Positions 6,688 to 15,915 of a stretch of DNA of 17,503 bases are shown here, one piece after another. The stretch is from NCBI GenBank assembly GCA_038153405.1, contig JAYOYH010000077.1:1-17503 (forward strand). The letters run 5' to 3'. The notes below the pieces were generated by a model that worked only from the letters and a program-made list of their open reading frames with translations, was not told the origin of the DNA and searched no databases. This DNA is from Gemmatimonadota bacterium (GTDB lineage: Bacteria > Latescibacterota > UBA2968 > UBA8231). The translations under genes and the position numbers were made by a program. The first letter of the stretch is position 1. Every line of letters starts with the position of its first letter.

Positions 6688-8130
6688 ATGTCCAAGCCCA
6701 ATATCCTCTTTCTCATGCCCGACCAACTGCGTCCCGATTTTTTGTCCTGCTACGGCGCGACGTTTATCGATACGCCACACATCGATTCGCTGGCTGCCGA
6801 AGGCGTGCGCTACGACTGCGCCTATAGCACCTCGCCCGTCTGCGTGGCGGCGCGCCACAATCTGTTGACCGGACTCAATTCGATTCGCACAGGCATACTG
6901 GGCAACGGGCAGTTTCTGCGCCCCGACTACGCGGCCTGTGGCATCCACACGTGGCCCGAACTCATCGCCCGCGCCGGCTATCGCAGCGCGGCCATTGGCA
7001 AGATGCACTTCTATCCATGGGATGCGCCAATGGGCTTTGACGATCGGGTGATCTGCGAGGACAAACGCTGGCTGCACATTCAGGACGATTATGCCGATTT
7101 CTTGGCCGAGCGCGGCTTGCGCAAGTTGCACGGCAACGAGCACGAGGGGTATTTCGAACAGCGCGGTGCTATTGTGCACCAGCACGCCTTTGCGCACTCG
7201 TGGGACTACTTTGTCGGCGATGCAGCGGTTCGGTATATACGCGACTACGCAGACGATCGCCCATTTGCGATGATGGTTGGCTTTCCCGGGCCACACTGTC
7301 CGTATGATCCGTCGCCCGAATACGCCAATCGCTATCGGCCAGAGGACATGCCTGCGGCTATCCCCGAAGTGGAGGGCGAGCACCCGCTGCTGCGCCAGCA
7401 AAATATCGACGGCAACAAGCGGCCGTGGAACGGTGTCGACTATAGCGAATTTACGGATGCGCATAAGGGAACGATTCGCGCGCACTACGCGGCGCTAGTC
7501 AAGCAGATCGACGATATGGTAGGGCATATTCTGCAGGCGCTGCGCGATTCCGGCCAGCTAGACAATACGGTGATTCTCTTCTCGTCCGATCACGGAGACT
7601 ATTTGGGCGATCACAACCTGATTGGCAAGGGCCAGTTTTTTGAGGCGAGCTGCCACGTGCCGCTGATTGCGCGGCTACCCGGTGGGCCTCAGGGGCAGGG
7701 CAGCGATGCGCTCGTCGCCTTGGCCGACGTGACGCCGACGATGCTGGCCCTGGCAGGAGCGGAGATACCCACTTATATGGACTTTATGCCGCTGCCGGCT
7801 TTGGGTATAGCGTGCGGCGGGCGCGACTATCTCTACGGCATGATGGGCGGCGGCTGGATGTGCTTCGATGGCCGGTGGAAGCTGTGCAAGTACGGCACCG
7901 GCGAACACATGCTCTTCGATCTGAGCGAAGACCCCACCGAGCAGCGCAATTTGCTCAAGGTGGGAGGCTGCGGTGACGTCTACCTGCGCTTGGACCGGGC
8001 GCTAACCGGAGAAATCATGCGCTCGACGGTGGCCTCGCATCACGACAAGCTCGTTTACCACACCGACCTATCCGGCGACGTCGATTTTGGTCGCAGCGGC
8101 TGGCAGCGGCCCTATCCCAGCGCGCTCTAG
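6688..8130 (+). CDS. Formylglycine-dependent sulfatase-like hydrolase (no signal peptide)
   Basis: Start ATG 6688: MSKPNILFLMPDQLR; signature SPVCVAARHNLLTG; also IGKMH, GFPGPHCPY, FSSDHGDYLGDH and LFDLSEDPTEQRNL. Confidence 0.93.
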   Translation: MSKPNILFLMPDQLRPDFLSCYGATFIDTPHIDSLAAEGVRYDCAYSTSPVCVAARHNLLTGLNSIRTGILGNGQFLRPDYAACGIHTWPELIARAGYRSAAIGKMHFYPWDAPMGFDDRVICEDKRWLHIQDDYADFLAERGLRKLHGNEHEGYFEQRGAIVHQHAFAHSWDYFVGDAAVRYIRDYADDRPFAMMVGFPGPHCPYDPSPEYANRYRPEDMPAAIPEVEGEHPLLRQQNIDGNKRPWNGVDYSEFTDAHKGTIRAHYAALVKQIDDMVGHILQALRDSGQLDNTVILFSSDHGDYLGDHNLIGKGQFFEASCHVPLIARLPGGPQGQGSDALVALADVTPTMLALAGAEIPTYMDFMPLPALGIACGGRDYLYGMMGGGWMCFDGRWKLCKYGTGEHMLFDLSEDPTEQRNLLKVGGCGDVYLRLDRALTGEIMRSTVASHHDKLVYHTDLSGDVDFGRSGWQRPYPSAL

Positions 8131-8510
8131 GCGCGCCGACGCACTAGGACATAGGCGATGAGCGTGGCGACAAATACGACGAGCAGCATCCAGGCGATGC
8201 TCTGCAGCGTTTCAATAATCGTGCGGTACATCTCCAGCACCCAGCGCTCGCCGGTCAGTTCGAGAATGGCGCCCTCTTCTCCGCGCATATCGGGTGCGTT
8301 GATATAGCGCTCTAAGCTGTATATACGCACGCCACCGGACACGCCGACGACGTAGGCGGCGAATGTGATATAGCGGTGCCAGGCCGAGCTGATTTCGTCG
8401 CCGATGATGCGGTCGAGAATGGCGCGTATTGGTCGGTCGAAAAAGCGCACGGCGAGGAAGGACACCAGCGAGGCCAGCAGGAACGTCGTGATGAGCAGCG
8501 TATAGAACAC
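8127..8510 (-). CDS. Hypothetical membrane protein (about 3 TM helices)
   Basis: GTG start with SD GGGAGG and three hydrophobic segments. It follows the esterase gene after a 27-nt gap. Confidence 0.85.
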   Translation of the reverse strand: MFYTLLITTFLLASLVSFLAVRFFDRPIRAILDRIIGDEISSAWHRYITFAAYVVGVSGGVRIYSLERYINAPDMRGEEGAILELTGERWVLEMYRTIIETLQSIAWMLLVVFVATLIAYVLVRRRA

Positions 8511-8537
8511 GATGGGGTCCTCCCTCGATTAGCTGTG

Positions 8538-9914
8538 CTATGCCAGTGCGACTTCTGCGCCGTAAAACCCCAGCATGGGAACAAAGCGCTCCATGTCCAT
8601 GGGCGCGGTTTGGGGATTGGTGCCCCAGCCCCCGTGCACGCGGGCGTTGCCCTGCAGCGGCCTGCTTAAGATGAGCTCGATGGTCGCGTTCATCGGTCTG
8701 CGCACCGCTTCGATTGCGACTTCGCCCCCGTCGTCTTCCACGCGAAAGCAGTTGGCGCCCTCGTCGATGCAGTCCATGCGGCTGTGCACGTGGGCAAAGT
8801 GCAGGACGACGCGCTGGGCTTCTATGAGCACGGCCCGCTCTAGGTCGGGGGCGCGGTGATCGGGCGCGCAGCGGTAGACTGCGTCCAATGCCGCGCGCGC
8901 CAGCCGTTCGCCGAGCAGCATATTGCCCGCCGGGCTGGTATGGATCAGATCGGATAGCGGTAGGTCGAGCGTCGGCACCACGGCGATGCCGTCGACGGCC
9001 TGGGCCACCTGGCGCTGTGCTTGGCGCACCTGCGTCCACCAGCGGTCTGGCCCCGGCTCGGTGCGGCCGTAGACGCGGTTGAGCTGCACGGTGAGCACGG
9101 GCAGCAGCCCTTGGCCAAGCGCTTCGCGCCAGGCGGCTACGGCGTCGGCAAAGCGCTGTGCGTAGGATTCGGCTGCTGCTTGGGATCCGGCATCGCTTTC
9201 GCCTTGATACCAGAGGATGCCGCGCGCGCCGCCCGTCTTCTGCACGCACTGCACCATATTGTCGAATAGGTCGGCCGGCCCCTCTTCGCGCGGATTCCAG
9301 CGCGTCAGCGGCGACCCCCCCAGCGAGGTCTGCACTAGGCCGATGGGATAGTTTAGAGCGCGCTGTAGCAGGCGGCCAAACTGCAGGTAGGGCGAATGGC
9401 CGGGGTTGCCCCCCTCGCGGTTGACCGCGTGCCGCGTGTCGGTAGACTCGTTCATTGGATGGCTGGCCAGCGCCCACGTTTCGCTGTTGCGAAACAGGTG
9501 CACGCCCAATTCCGGTGGGTCTTCATAGGGGCCGCGCCCATAGCCAGCTGAATTGCTCTGCCCGGCGATAATCCACAGATCGCCGACGCCCCAGAAATGG
9601 CGCATATCGCCGCGCGGCGACCATTCGCCCGCCGCATTGTCCGGGCCGCGCAGGCGCGTTTCTAGACGATAGAGGCCGCCAGCTGGCACGCTCAGGGCGG
9701 TTTCCCAGGTGCCGTTTTCATCTGAGGTAGCCGGCTGCCAATCGACGACCGATACGCCGGTATGCGCATCGGCTACGCGCACTTCTACGCTGCATTTTGG
9801 GCTGCCAATCCAGCGGCCTTTCAGCCGCACAGTGCCCACGCCCTTGTCGTTTTGCTGAACGATCTGCCAGTCGCTCAGACCTTCTTCGATGACTGCGCCA
9901 ACTTGATCACTCAT
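8538..9914 (-). CDS. Sialate O-acetylesterase family (SASA / SGNH carbohydrate esterase)
   Basis: GDLWIIAGQSNS (catalytic Ser), ILWYQGESD and DLIH (DxxH); N- and C-terminal beta domains; no signal peptide. Confidence 0.9.
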   Translation of the reverse strand: MSDQVGAVIEEGLSDWQIVQQNDKGVGTVRLKGRWIGSPKCSVEVRVADAHTGVSVVDWQPATSDENGTWETALSVPAGGLYRLETRLRGPDNAAGEWSPRGDMRHFWGVGDLWIIAGQSNSAGYGRGPYEDPPELGVHLFRNSETWALASHPMNESTDTRHAVNREGGNPGHSPYLQFGRLLQRALNYPIGLVQTSLGGSPLTRWNPREEGPADLFDNMVQCVQKTGGARGILWYQGESDAGSQAAAESYAQRFADAVAAWREALGQGLLPVLTVQLNRVYGRTEPGPDRWWTQVRQAQRQVAQAVDGIAVVPTLDLPLSDLIHTSPAGNMLLGERLARAALDAVYRCAPDHRAPDLERAVLIEAQRVVLHFAHVHSRMDCIDEGANCFRVEDDGGEVAIEAVRRPMNATIELILSRPLQGNARVHGGWGTNPQTAPMDMERFVPMLGFYGAEVALA

Positions 9915-10020
9915 ATGGGTATCCCACGTGCCTTTCTCGATAGCGTTACTGCGCGCTGCGTTTGGTGTGCCACGCGCTAATCAATATATTCTGGCCACAC
10001 ACCACAACAGGAGCAGCGAT

Positions 10021-10875
10021 ATGCAAAAGCGCCCCTACGGCAAGACGGGAATCGATCTTTCAATCATTGGCTTTGGCGGTATTCTCGTTACCAACACCGA
10101 GGCCGATGAGGCGAGTCGGCTCGTTGCTCGAGCCGTTGATCACGGCATTAACTACTTTGATGTGGCGCCTTCGTACGGCAATGCCGAAGAATGCTTGGGT
10201 CCGGCCTTGGAACCCTACCGCAAGGACGTTTTCCTAGCGTGTAAAACCACCGAGCGCAGCCGGGAAGGGGCCGAACGCGAAATGCTGCAATCGCTAGATA
10301 ACATGCGCTGCGAACACTTTGATCTATACCAACTGCACGCGATGACGACGCAGGAGGATTTCGATGCGGCCACTGCGGCCGACGGGGCCCTGCCCTTCTT
10401 GGTTGAAGCGCGTGAAAAAGGGTTGATTCGCTATATCGGTTTTTCCGCGCACTCGGCGGAAATTGCCGTGCAGTTGCTCGACTACTTCTCCTTTGACTCC
10501 GTGCTTTTTCCGCTCAATTGGACACACTATTTTCAGGCGAATTTCGGGCCCCAAGTGGTCGCTAAGGCCGAGGAGACGGGTGCGGCGCGCTTGGCGCTAA
10601 AGGCGCTGGCCTACGGCAAGATTGGCGAGGGCGAAGATAAAAAATACGCCAAGTGCTGGTATCATCCGATCGACGACCGCGAACTGGCCGATCTGGCGCT
10701 GCGCTTTACGCTGTCGCAGCCGATCACTGCTGCCATTCCGCCGGGCGAGGTCAAGTTCTTTGATATGGCGCTCGATATTGCCGCGCAGTTTCGCCCGGTT
10801 GACGAAGAGGAGATCGCCGCGCTGCGCGAGCGCTCGGAAGCGGCCGTGCCCCTTTTTCGCCTGAACGCCGCCTGA
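10021..10875 (+). CDS. Aldo/keto reductase
   Basis: Start ATG 10021 with SD AGGAG; motifs LSIIGFGG, GINYFDVAPSYG, FLACKT, FDLYQLH and GLIRYIGFSAH. Confidence 0.93.
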   Translation: MQKRPYGKTGIDLSIIGFGGILVTNTEADEASRLVARAVDHGINYFDVAPSYGNAEECLGPALEPYRKDVFLACKTTERSREGAEREMLQSLDNMRCEHFDLYQLHAMTTQEDFDAATAADGALPFLVEAREKGLIRYIGFSAHSAEIAVQLLDYFSFDSVLFPLNWTHYFQANFGPQVVAKAEETGAARLALKALAYGKIGEGEDKKYAKCWYHPIDDRELADLALRFTLSQPITAAIPPGEVKFFDMALDIAAQFRPVDEEEIAALRERSEAAVPLFRLNAA

Positions 10876-10895
10876 GCTTGGGTTCAACGGGCTCA
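10873..10895. terminator. Possible hairpin between convergent genes
   Basis: TGAGCTTG/CGGGCTCA is an 8-bp stem (2 G-U pairs) whose ends are the two TGA stop codons; TTCTT follows on +. Confidence 0.35.
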
Positions 10896-11372
10896 TTCTT
10901 CGGGGTGGCGCACGCGCGCAACGAGCCGCATCAGCGCCAGGTGTTCGCTCTGATAGATATCGGCTGTGCGCACGATGAACTCTCCTCGGATTACGCGCCG
11001 CTCGCCGGCAGATAGGGCAACTGGCTGGCCAAAGGGAATAAAGGCGTCGACTAGGGCGTCTTCGTCGTCGAAGAAGCGCAGGTCGTAGCGCACGTGGACG
11101 GGCTGGGTGCCTTCATTGTAAAAGACGGCGGCAAAAGCACCGGGAACTTCAACGTTGCCATTGGCCAGTGGAAAGGGCAGAAAGGGCACCCATTCTAGGC
11201 TGTCGATGCGCACGGCCCCTTCCAAACCGGCGTCGATCGCTTGGTAGATGACTTCGCTCGTGCGCGCGATATCGCGCGGGCGCGTCGCGTCTCCTGCTAG
11301 GCTACAGCCCAGCGCCAGCGCGCCCCAAGCCCATGCGCTCCACAGCGCGCGCGCGGTTGGCCTTATCCGCAA
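10893..11372 (-). CDS. Hypothetical lipoprotein (beta-rich domain)
   Basis: Likely TTG start at 11372 with SD GGGAG upstream: MRIRPTARALWSAWAWGALALGC (lipobox ALGC). This start avoids overlap with the divergent gene. Confidence 0.7.
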   Translation of the reverse strand: MRIRPTARALWSAWAWGALALGCSLAGDATRPRDIARTSEVIYQAIDAGLEGAVRIDSLEWVPFLPFPLANGNVEVPGAFAAVFYNEGTQPVHVRYDLRFFDDEDALVDAFIPFGQPVALSAGERRVIRGEFIVRTADIYQSEHLALMRLVARVRHPEE

Positions 11373-11420
11373 GGTGTTCTCCCGTTTGCGCAGGTTATAC
11401 CTGCTGTGCATTTTTTACGT

Positions 11421-11777
11421 ATGCATGAAGCTACGATCTGGCTCACACCGCTCCTACTGGCCGCTGCCGTGGCCGTGTTGACTGTTTCGACGCGGCGGCG
11501 CTGCTGCGTCCTAGAGCGTGCCCAACGCGGAGATGACGCCGTGCTGCCGCGCCGCGCTGCGCTGTGTCGCAGCGCCGTCTTGGGCCTGTATGCGAGCATG
11601 GCTTTGCTCGTCGGCTCGCTCGTCCTCGGCCTATTGCTGCGCGCAGCACAACACAGTTATGTAGCCGCGCTAACGCTGTGCACGGGAGCCGGCGTGCTCG
11701 CCCTGCTCATGGCCAACGTGCAACTGCTGCGCGAAGCCCTGCTCGATACCAGCCAGCCTTCGAACGAAGAGCAGTAG
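11421..11777 (+). CDS. DUF2721-like small membrane protein
   Basis: Three hydrophobic segments. The pattern WLTPLLL...LTVSTxxR...RRAALCRSAVLGLY resembles DUF2721. ATG at 11421. Confidence 0.6.
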   Translation: MHEATIWLTPLLLAAAVAVLTVSTRRRCCVLERAQRGDDAVLPRRAALCRSAVLGLYASMALLVGSLVLGLLLRAAQHSYVAALTLCTGAGVLALLMANVQLLREALLDTSQPSNEEQ

Positions 11778-11797
11778 GGGTCGCCCTGCGCGGCACC

Positions 11798-12496
11798 ATG
11801 TCCATGTCCGACGACATCATACGCGATCAAATTGACTACTACCGCGCGCGCGCCGGCGAATACGACGAGTGGTTCCTGCGCCAGGGCCGCTTTGATCACG
11901 GCCCCGAACTAAACAGTCGCTGGTTTGCCGATGCCGAACTCGTGCGCGGTGCACTCGACGCCTTTGCGCCGTGCGGTGACGTGCTGGAACTGGCCTGCGG
12001 CACAGGCCTGTGGAGCCAACGCTTAGCGCGCCACGCCGATCACCTGCTGGCCGTCGATTCGTCGCAAGAAGTGATCGCCATCAATCGCCAGCGTCTCGGC
12101 GCACCCGAACACGTCGCCTATCAGCAGGCCGATATATTTGACTGGCATCCCGATCGCTGCTACGACGTCGTCTTTTTTTCGTTTTGGCTCTCGCACGTGC
12201 CGCCCGACCGCTTTGATGCGTTTTGGCACACGGTGCGCTCTGCGCTCAATGACGGCGGGCGCTTCTTTCTCATCGACTCGCTCTATAACCCGACGACAAC
12301 GGCCCATAACCACGTGCTGCAGGGACGCGAGGCGACGGTGCAGGGGCGCAAGCTCAACGACGGTCGCAGCTATCAGATCGTCAAAATATACTACGAGCCC
12401 GGCGATCTGGCTGCCCGCCTGCACGCGCTGGGCTTTTCTTGCGATCTGCAGCGCAGCCCCGATTATTTTATTTATGGCGGGGGCTCGCCGTTGTAA
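11798..12496 (+). CDS. Class I SAM-dependent methyltransferase
   Basis: YYRARAGEYD, VLELACGTG (motif I), AVDSS, ADIF, YDVVFFSFWLSHVP. Start is ATG 11798 or 11804; the longer ORF from 11564 overlaps the upstream gene. Confidence 0.9.
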   Translation: MSMSDDIIRDQIDYYRARAGEYDEWFLRQGRFDHGPELNSRWFADAELVRGALDAFAPCGDVLELACGTGLWSQRLARHADHLLAVDSSQEVIAINRQRLGAPEHVAYQQADIFDWHPDRCYDVVFFSFWLSHVPPDRFDAFWHTVRSALNDGGRFFLIDSLYNPTTTAHNHVLQGREATVQGRKLNDGRSYQIVKIYYEPGDLAARLHALGFSCDLQRSPDYFIYGGGSPL

Positions 12497-12571
12497 AGCG
12501 GGATATTCTCGCGTCTATAGCAGTTCCTTTTACCGCGTGCGCGAGTCGGGTTTTCGCACCGAGACGAGAAG

Positions 12572-14695
12572 ATGTTTTCCATGCATATAAGCAGTACACT
12601 GCTCATTGGCCTTTTGTGGATCGCTCCGGTGCTGGCCCAGTCCGACTCGGTGCGCTATGCCTTTCCCACCACGATCGTCAACGCCACGCGCAGCGCGCGC
12701 CCGGCCGTAGATCTACCCTATGCGCTGAGCGTAGTCGACGCGGATACGCTGGGTGCGCCGCGTCCGGCCACTTCGCTCGAAGAGGTGCTGCGCCGCGTCC
12801 CCGGTATTTCGGTCGATAATCGCCACAATCTCTCGCAGGGCGATCGCATTAGCGTGCGCGGTCTGGGCGTGCGTGCCGCCTTTGGCGTGCGCGGCATGAA
12901 AGTCGTGCTCGATGGGATTCCGCTGACGACGGCTGACGGCCAGACGCAGCTCAACAACCTCGACATTGGCTCTATTGGACGCATTGAAATCCTGCGCGGC
13001 CCCAGTTCGGCACTCTACGGCAATGCCAGCGGCGGCCTGCTGTCGATAAGCACGCGACAGCCAGCCGACGCCGCACTGCGCCTGACGACGCACCTCATGA
13101 TGGGCAGCGACGGATTGGGTCGTCTGCGGGTACAGGCAGCCGGGCGCGGTGCGGCCCATCGCTACTATATTGGCATGCACGCCCTGCAAAGCGATGGCTA
13201 TCGCCAGCACGCCTACGGACAGATGCGCGGCTTGAGTGCGCTAGTCCATCACCAGGTAGGAGAGCGCATGGAACTGGGCCTGCTGCTCAACGCGCACGAT
13301 GCGCCCTATCTTTTTAACCCGAGTTCGCTCGATCGGGCTACCGCCAACGCGGCCCCGAGCAGTGCGCGCTCCTACGTGGTCAGCCAGGGCGCATCCAAGA
13401 AAGTGCGCCAAACGCAGGGCGGCTTTTCGCTTCGCTACCAACACGACTCGGGGGACCTTTCGCAGCTTGTATTGTACGGGCTTGGCAGGGAGTTGCACAA
13501 TCCGATCCCAGGGCGCATCGTCGAATTGGGGCGCAGCGGCGGCGGCCTGCGCTATGTGCGCAGCGGTCGCTGGAATCACCTGCGCTATACGGGCGGTTTC
13601 GACGCCGATTGGCAGCGCGACCAGCGCGACGAGTTTGGCAACGGCGGTCTAGCCGATGGCGACGTTGGGCAAATGAAAGATGGCGATGTCTTTGCGCGCA
13701 TTCAGTACGGCGCGCGCAAGTTAGACCAGCTCGAGCAGGTGCGCAGTGCAGGGCCTTTTCTCTCGCTGGACTTCGCGCTGGGGCGTGCGTGGACTGTCAG
13801 TGCGAGCGGTCGCTACGACCGCTACGCCTTTTCTGCGCGCGATCGCTTTTTAGAAGACGGCGACGACTCGGGCACGCGCACACTCGGGCAGTTTAGCCCG
13901 TTTGTCGGAGCGCGGTATCGCCCACATCCCCTGCTGGCCCTATACGCCAACGTGGCCACCGCCTTTCAAACGCCGACGACCACTGAGCTGAGCAATCGCG
14001 CCGACGGGCTGGGCGGGTTCAATCCCGCGCTCGATCCCGAGCGCATACGCAGCGTGGAAGGCGGCCTGCGCGCGCGCCATCCGCGCTGGCCGGTAGATGT
14101 CGAGCTGGCGTTCTACCAGCTGGATATACGCGATATGTTGATCTCTTTTCAGGTGGACAACAGCGCCAGTGAGGAAGTGTATTTTCGCAACGCAGGTCGC
14201 ACCCGCAATCGCGGCATTGAGCTGGCCCTGAGCGCCACTCCGTCGGCGCATCTCGATCTACTCTTGGCCTACACCTATAGCCGCTATCGCTTTGTCGACT
14301 ATCTGCTTGACGGCGTGCAACTGGCCGATAATCAGGTGCCGGGCCAGCCGCCACACCGCGCGTTTCTCTCCGTGCAAACCTACCCGCTGCGCTCGGCCTT
14401 CTTCGGGGTGGAGTTCGAGTGGGTGTCCGAGTACTTTGCCAACGATTACAACGGGCCGCCCCCCGATAGCGATGCGGCGCGCGCCGACTTTATCAGCGAG
14501 GGCTATGGACGAGTGGATTTGCGCTTGGGTTGGCGGCGCGGCGCGGCGCGACTCTTTGTCGGTATGGACAACGCACTCGATGCAGCCTATAGCGGGTCGA
14601 TCGTCGCCAATGCCTTTGGCAACCGCTTTTTTGAGCCGGCGGCTGGACGGTCGCTGTATGCGGGCTTTGAATGGGATGGCATCGTGCGCCCGTAG
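12572..14695 (+). CDS. TonB-dependent receptor, YncD/PqqU-like subfamily
   Basis: Signal peptide; TonB-box-like TIVNATR; plug ISVRGLGVRAAFGVRGMKVVLDGIPLTTADGQ and IEILRGPSSALYGNASGG; FQTPTTTEL; C-terminal FFEPAAGRSLYAG. Start may be ATG 12581. Confidence 0.9.
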   Translation: MFSMHISSTLLIGLLWIAPVLAQSDSVRYAFPTTIVNATRSARPAVDLPYALSVVDADTLGAPRPATSLEEVLRRVPGISVDNRHNLSQGDRISVRGLGVRAAFGVRGMKVVLDGIPLTTADGQTQLNNLDIGSIGRIEILRGPSSALYGNASGGLLSISTRQPADAALRLTTHLMMGSDGLGRLRVQAAGRGAAHRYYIGMHALQSDGYRQHAYGQMRGLSALVHHQVGERMELGLLLNAHDAPYLFNPSSLDRATANAAPSSARSYVVSQGASKKVRQTQGGFSLRYQHDSGDLSQLVLYGLGRELHNPIPGRIVELGRSGGGLRYVRSGRWNHLRYTGGFDADWQRDQRDEFGNGGLADGDVGQMKDGDVFARIQYGARKLDQLEQVRSAGPFLSLDFALGRAWTVSASGRYDRYAFSARDRFLEDGDDSGTRTLGQFSPFVGARYRPHPLLALYANVATAFQTPTTTELSNRADGLGGFNPALDPERIRSVEGGLRARHPRWPVDVELAFYQLDIRDMLISFQVDNSASEEVYFRNAGRTRNRGIELALSATPSAHLDLLLAYTYSRYRFVDYLLDGVQLADNQVPGQPPHRAFLSVQTYPLRSAFFGVEFEWVSEYFANDYNGPPPDSDAARADFISEGYGRVDLRLGWRRGAARLFVGMDNALDAAYSGSIVANAFGNRFFEPAAGRSLYAGFEWDGIVRP

Positions 14696-14710
14696 GTGAA
14701 CCAGTGCAGG

Positions 14711-14740
14711 ATCGACGCGCGTCACGCGCCGAGCGTCGAT
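14711..14740. terminator. GC-rich hairpin between convergent genes (possible terminator)
   Basis: ATCGACGC (14711-14718)/GCGTCGAT (14733-14740) is a perfect 8-bp inverted repeat with an inner GCG-TCA-CGC. There is no clean U-tract. Confidence 0.35.
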
Positions 14741-15696
14741 GCCTTCTTGTGCAGCTTGCAGACGAAAAAGCCCTCCATTGCGCCGTCTGGAAGGATGCGG
14801 CGTGCGCGCTGTAGGGATGCGTCAAACGCGTTGTCCTGCCAGCGGGTCAGACCGGGCTGCATGGCGTCGACATCCACCTCGATATCGGCGACCTCCAGTG
14901 CGCTGCCGAATTGTTCCAACACTTGCTGCACGACCGCCTCGTTTTCCTCCGGAGCAAAAGTGCAGGTCGAGTAAACCAGCGCGCCGCCCGGCTTGAGCGA
15001 TTGGACGGCCGAATAGAGCAATCTACGCTGCTTGCGCGCCATTTCGGCGATTTTCTTTTCGCTCCAGTAGGCAAAGCTGTGCGGGTCATCCAGTTGAAAA
15101 AGGCCCTCACCCGAACAGGGCGCATCCAAGAGCACGCGATCAAAGCGCTCGGGGCATTGGCGCCAGACCTTGGCACCGTCTTTGAGGTAGGTCTGCACGA
15201 TGTCGGCCCCGCCGCGCCGCAGGTTGTCGCGTAGGCGGAAAAAGCGCTTGCGCACGGCTTCCACCGCGCCGATGCGCCCCCGATTATTCATCATATCGGC
15301 CATGTGGAGCGTCTTGCCACCCGGCGCCGCCGCTAGGTCGAGCACCTCTTCGCCCGGCTGTGGAGCAAGCGCGATCGGCGGGATCATGCTGGACGGATTC
15401 TGTATGTAGATGCGCCCCTCGGCAAACGCCGCGCTTTCCGTCAGCGCGCGCCGCTGTTGGTCTGCAACGCAGAAGGCATCGCTCTTCCAGTCCAGTGCGT
15501 GCAGGGAAAAGCCGGCGTGCGACAGTTCAGCGTGCACTGCATCGAGGCGCCCCTTGAGCTGGTTGACGCGGAAAGCGGTAGCCATGGGATGGGCAAAGCT
15601 CGCCCAGCAGGCGTCAAAGTGGGTCTCCGGCAGGATGCGGCGCAGCCGCTGTGCAAACGCATCCGGCAGATCCGCTGTGGACTTTTGGCTGCTCAT
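14722..15696 (-). CDS. RsmB/NOP (NOL1/NOP2/Sun) family RNA m5C methyltransferase, RsmF-like N-terminus
   Basis: IYIQNPSSM, VLDLAAAPGGKT, FDRVLLDAPCSG, LVYSTCTFAPEENE and EGFFVCKL. Probable start ATG 15696. It has no NusB-like domain and no RsmF C-terminal domains. Confidence 0.92.
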   Translation of the reverse strand: MSSQKSTADLPDAFAQRLRRILPETHFDACWASFAHPMATAFRVNQLKGRLDAVHAELSHAGFSLHALDWKSDAFCVADQQRRALTESAAFAEGRIYIQNPSSMIPPIALAPQPGEEVLDLAAAPGGKTLHMADMMNNRGRIGAVEAVRKRFFRLRDNLRRGGADIVQTYLKDGAKVWRQCPERFDRVLLDAPCSGEGLFQLDDPHSFAYWSEKKIAEMARKQRRLLYSAVQSLKPGGALVYSTCTFAPEENEAVVQQVLEQFGSALEVADIEVDVDAMQPGLTRWQDNAFDASLQRARRILPDGAMEGFFVCKLHKKASTLGA

Positions 15697-15915
15697 AGCG
15701 CCCTTTTGCGTGCGATGGGAATGCGGGGCAAGGTAGTATGCGGTCATGCGCATGTCAACGCGATCCGCCCGTCCGGCCCACTTGTTCGGCGCGTGCGAAG
15801 GCCTCCCCTCCCTATGGCTCCAATCGTCTAAATAATGCCCTTTTGCATTTGCACGGGTTCATCTTGTGTCCTTTTTTATAGGTGTGCGCCTAAGATAAAT
15901 AGACTGTAAAATTCA

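Noticed and set aside
6568..9477. Long alternative ORFs 6568..7485 (-) and 8212..9477 (-)
   Set aside because: They are antisense or shifted-frame shadows of the sulfatase and esterase genes, lack motifs, and are expected in high-GC DNA.
12497..12571. Cobalamin or TPP riboswitch upstream of the TonB-dependent receptor
   Set aside because: The spacer is only 75 nt with weak short hairpins and no recognisable conserved boxes.
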